DNA of 18,757 bases from an uncultured Thermoproteaceae archaeon. Its GTDB lineage: Archaea; Thermoproteota; Thermoprotei; Thermoproteales; Thermocladiaceae. Position 1 is the first letter of the stretch, and every line of letters starts with the position of its first letter. Location of the stretch: positions 1 to 18,757 of the forward strand of contig CAZNTG010000014.1 of assembly GCA_964575955.1 (NCBI GenBank). Reading direction: 5' to 3'. The notes under the pieces are model-generated. The model did no database searches and had not been told where the DNA came from. It saw only the letters and a list, made by a program, of their open reading frames with translations. Shown here piece by piece: positions 16,937-18,757 of this stretch. The translations under genes and the position numbers were made by a program.

Positions 16937-17399
16937 CAAAAAGGCGCTTCTATCACTCTAACTTCCACTCACATATTAGATAGATTATGAGGTTGAAGCA
17001 TATGCACATCAACATGCACTTCTAGATACATGTTTGAAAGTTATAGACAAGGTATGTTAATAAGTATAGCATAAATTTCTAAGAATAATTAAATCAATCT
17101 AAGAGGTTGTTAAGAAAGATAGAATAGATATTAGCGAGGATCATAAATCACTATCAATGGTAGGTATGTGCCCTAAGTATACTCTTGAAAAATGTAATAT
17201 TCTACATATCCAAAAGACTTGATAAAATTAAAAATTAATAAAGTCAATTAAGTTACTATTCTTAATTCAGTATGAAGTTAGGAGATCACTCATAAGAAGA
17301 AATACATTATCAGGTATCTGTATGATAACGAGCTAAATATCTAACAAACAAGACTAGCTAAAGAAATTACTAACACTATACAACACCTAATTAGCACAA

Positions 17400-17659
17400 C
17401 ACAACGACTTCTCATTCAAATCTAAAGCTAACGCTAAACAAGTTGAATAACACAAGCAGTAACATACTAAAAATTCAACTTCCCAAACTGCATCTCGTAA
17501 CCTCCGTATTACTCTTTTTTGTATTACTTGTTTCTTGTGGAAATGTTTCTCTTCAGGAGAGTTGAATTGTTGCATTTTCCTAATGGTAAGACATAAAAAC
17601 ATGTATGCAGAAGATAAGTACAGACAACAGGAAATAAAAAACCAAAATAAAAACCTTCA
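17400..17659 (+). promoter_or_regulatory. Probable CRISPR leader
   Basis: AT-rich non-coding region directly before the first repeat, on the side expected from the 3' GAAAG repeat end; left boundary approximate. Confidence 0.55.
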
Positions 17660-18757
17660 GAAAAATCTAGAAAAGAATCGAAAGTCAGTTCTCTTCTGAT
17701 CTTTCTTCGAAGTTCTAATAGGAAAAATCTAGAAAAGAATCGAAAGTAGTCTTATGTCCTCAATGTCCTCCGCCTCCTCACCTGCTGGGAAAAATCTAGA
17801 AAAGAATCGAAAGTCTTTTTCAATTTCTGGATCTGTTTCTATATACCAATATCTTCTGAAAAATCTAGAAAAGAATCGAAAGGCTGGTTAGACGACATTA
17901 ACGGTAATGTTGATATCTACATGTCTAGAAAAATCTAGAAAAGAATCGAAAGTAAAGCTTATATACCTGCAACGTTCAAACTTATGAAAAATCTAGAAAA
18001 GAATCGAAAGTTTTACACCTTGATATACAGTTGACACATCTATACTTTCACCTTCAGGAAAAATCTAGAAAAGAATCGAAAGTGAAGAGCTTTCTGAGCA
18101 ATACAAGAATAATAAGTTTGTGAAAAATCTAGAAAAGAATCGAAAGAGTTTTCATGGTCTTTATCACCTTCAAAAACGTATATGTCTATAGAAAAATCTA
18201 GAAAAGAATCGAAAGTTGGGTTGAATGTTGGTACAATTGCAACTTTTGCTCCTGACACGAAAAATCTAGAAAAGAATCGAAAGCAACTATGGTGCAATCG
18301 GTTGTATTCAAAATAGTATTTGGAAAAATCTAGAAAAGAATCGAAAGACTTCCTTTCCATCTTCTGTCGTTCCGGTTGTTATTATCGGTGAAAAATCTAG
18401 AAAAGAATCGAAAGGTAGTAGATAGTAACGTATGACTTACATCTTCAACATGAAAAATCTAGAAAAGAATCGAAAGTTCTATTTCTTCTGGTTTTAAACA
18501 TGTCTTACGCATGTATAGAAAAATCTAGAAAAGAATCGAAAGGCCTCATCACTATTCAACACCTTAACTATCTTTCCACCATCGAAAAATCTAGAAAAGA
18601 ATCGAAAGATATTAAATATATGTCTATGACAGTTAGGATAAAAAGCACAGAAAAATCTAGAAAAGAATCGAAAGTCCAATGTGGCATAGAGTTTCATTTA
18701 CAATTATAGCGAAAAATCTAGAAAAGAATCGAAAGACTGTGCTGTGACCATGATAGC
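17660..18757 (+). CRISPR. CRISPR array, 25-bp repeat GAAAAATCTAGAAAAGAATCGAAAG; 17 repeats, 16 complete spacers of 33-47 nt; continues beyond the window
   Basis: Identical repeats starting at 17660, 17722, 17789, 17858, 17928, 17986, 18058, 18122, 18191, 18259, 18323, 18390, 18452, 18518, 18584, 18650 and 18711. Confidence 0.99.

Noticed and set aside
16740-16937. 65-aa minus-strand ORF (MAPRPGFEPG...)
   Set aside because: Antisense translation of tRNA-Asp, a classic spurious ORF.
16931-16947. GCGCC/GGCGC hairpin at the tRNA 3' end
   Set aside because: Only 5 bp and competes with the acceptor stem; too weak to call a terminator or att remnant.
18041-18057. Spacer 6 end resembles ~1678-1692 and the leader end (ACCTTCAG)
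   Set aside because: Short, gapped matches in AT-rich DNA; not evidence of self-targeting.
18040-18709. ORFs with repeated SFDSFLDFS / FRFFSRFF / EKSRKESK peptides
   Set aside because: Translations of CRISPR repeats.

Overview
AT-rich archaeal chromosomal window. The prolyl-tRNA synthetase, the stand-alone uS19 and the leaderless TATA promoters point to a Thermoproteales-like crenarchaeon (inference from recalled homologs). Housekeeping genes include a HAD hydrolase, prs, rnhB, an HD protein, rps19, a DsbA-like protein, proS, a TauE/SafE exporter, nfi, a translin and tRNA-Asp(GTC). A 17-repeat CRISPR array runs off the right edge. Layers absent from the ORF track: (i) six box C/D and two K-turn H/ACA-type guide RNAs, one a non-canonical guide predicted to target the 16S U516 equivalent; (ii) two adjacent SPOUT-like genes with complementary loss of TrmH motifs, suggesting a heterodimeric 2'-O-methyltransferase, with a C/D guide at their junction; (iii) a decayed foreign island whose only intact genes resemble a Panacea-like antitoxin and a DUF6516/TumE-like toxin; (iv) a proS with no canonical start codon near its conserved N-terminus; (v) two adjacent genes each broken by a single lesion; (vi) CRISPR spacers that mostly read as antisense to coding sequence. 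All rRNA/tRNA target calls rely on remembered crenarchaeal consensus sequences and must be checked against this organism's own RNAs.
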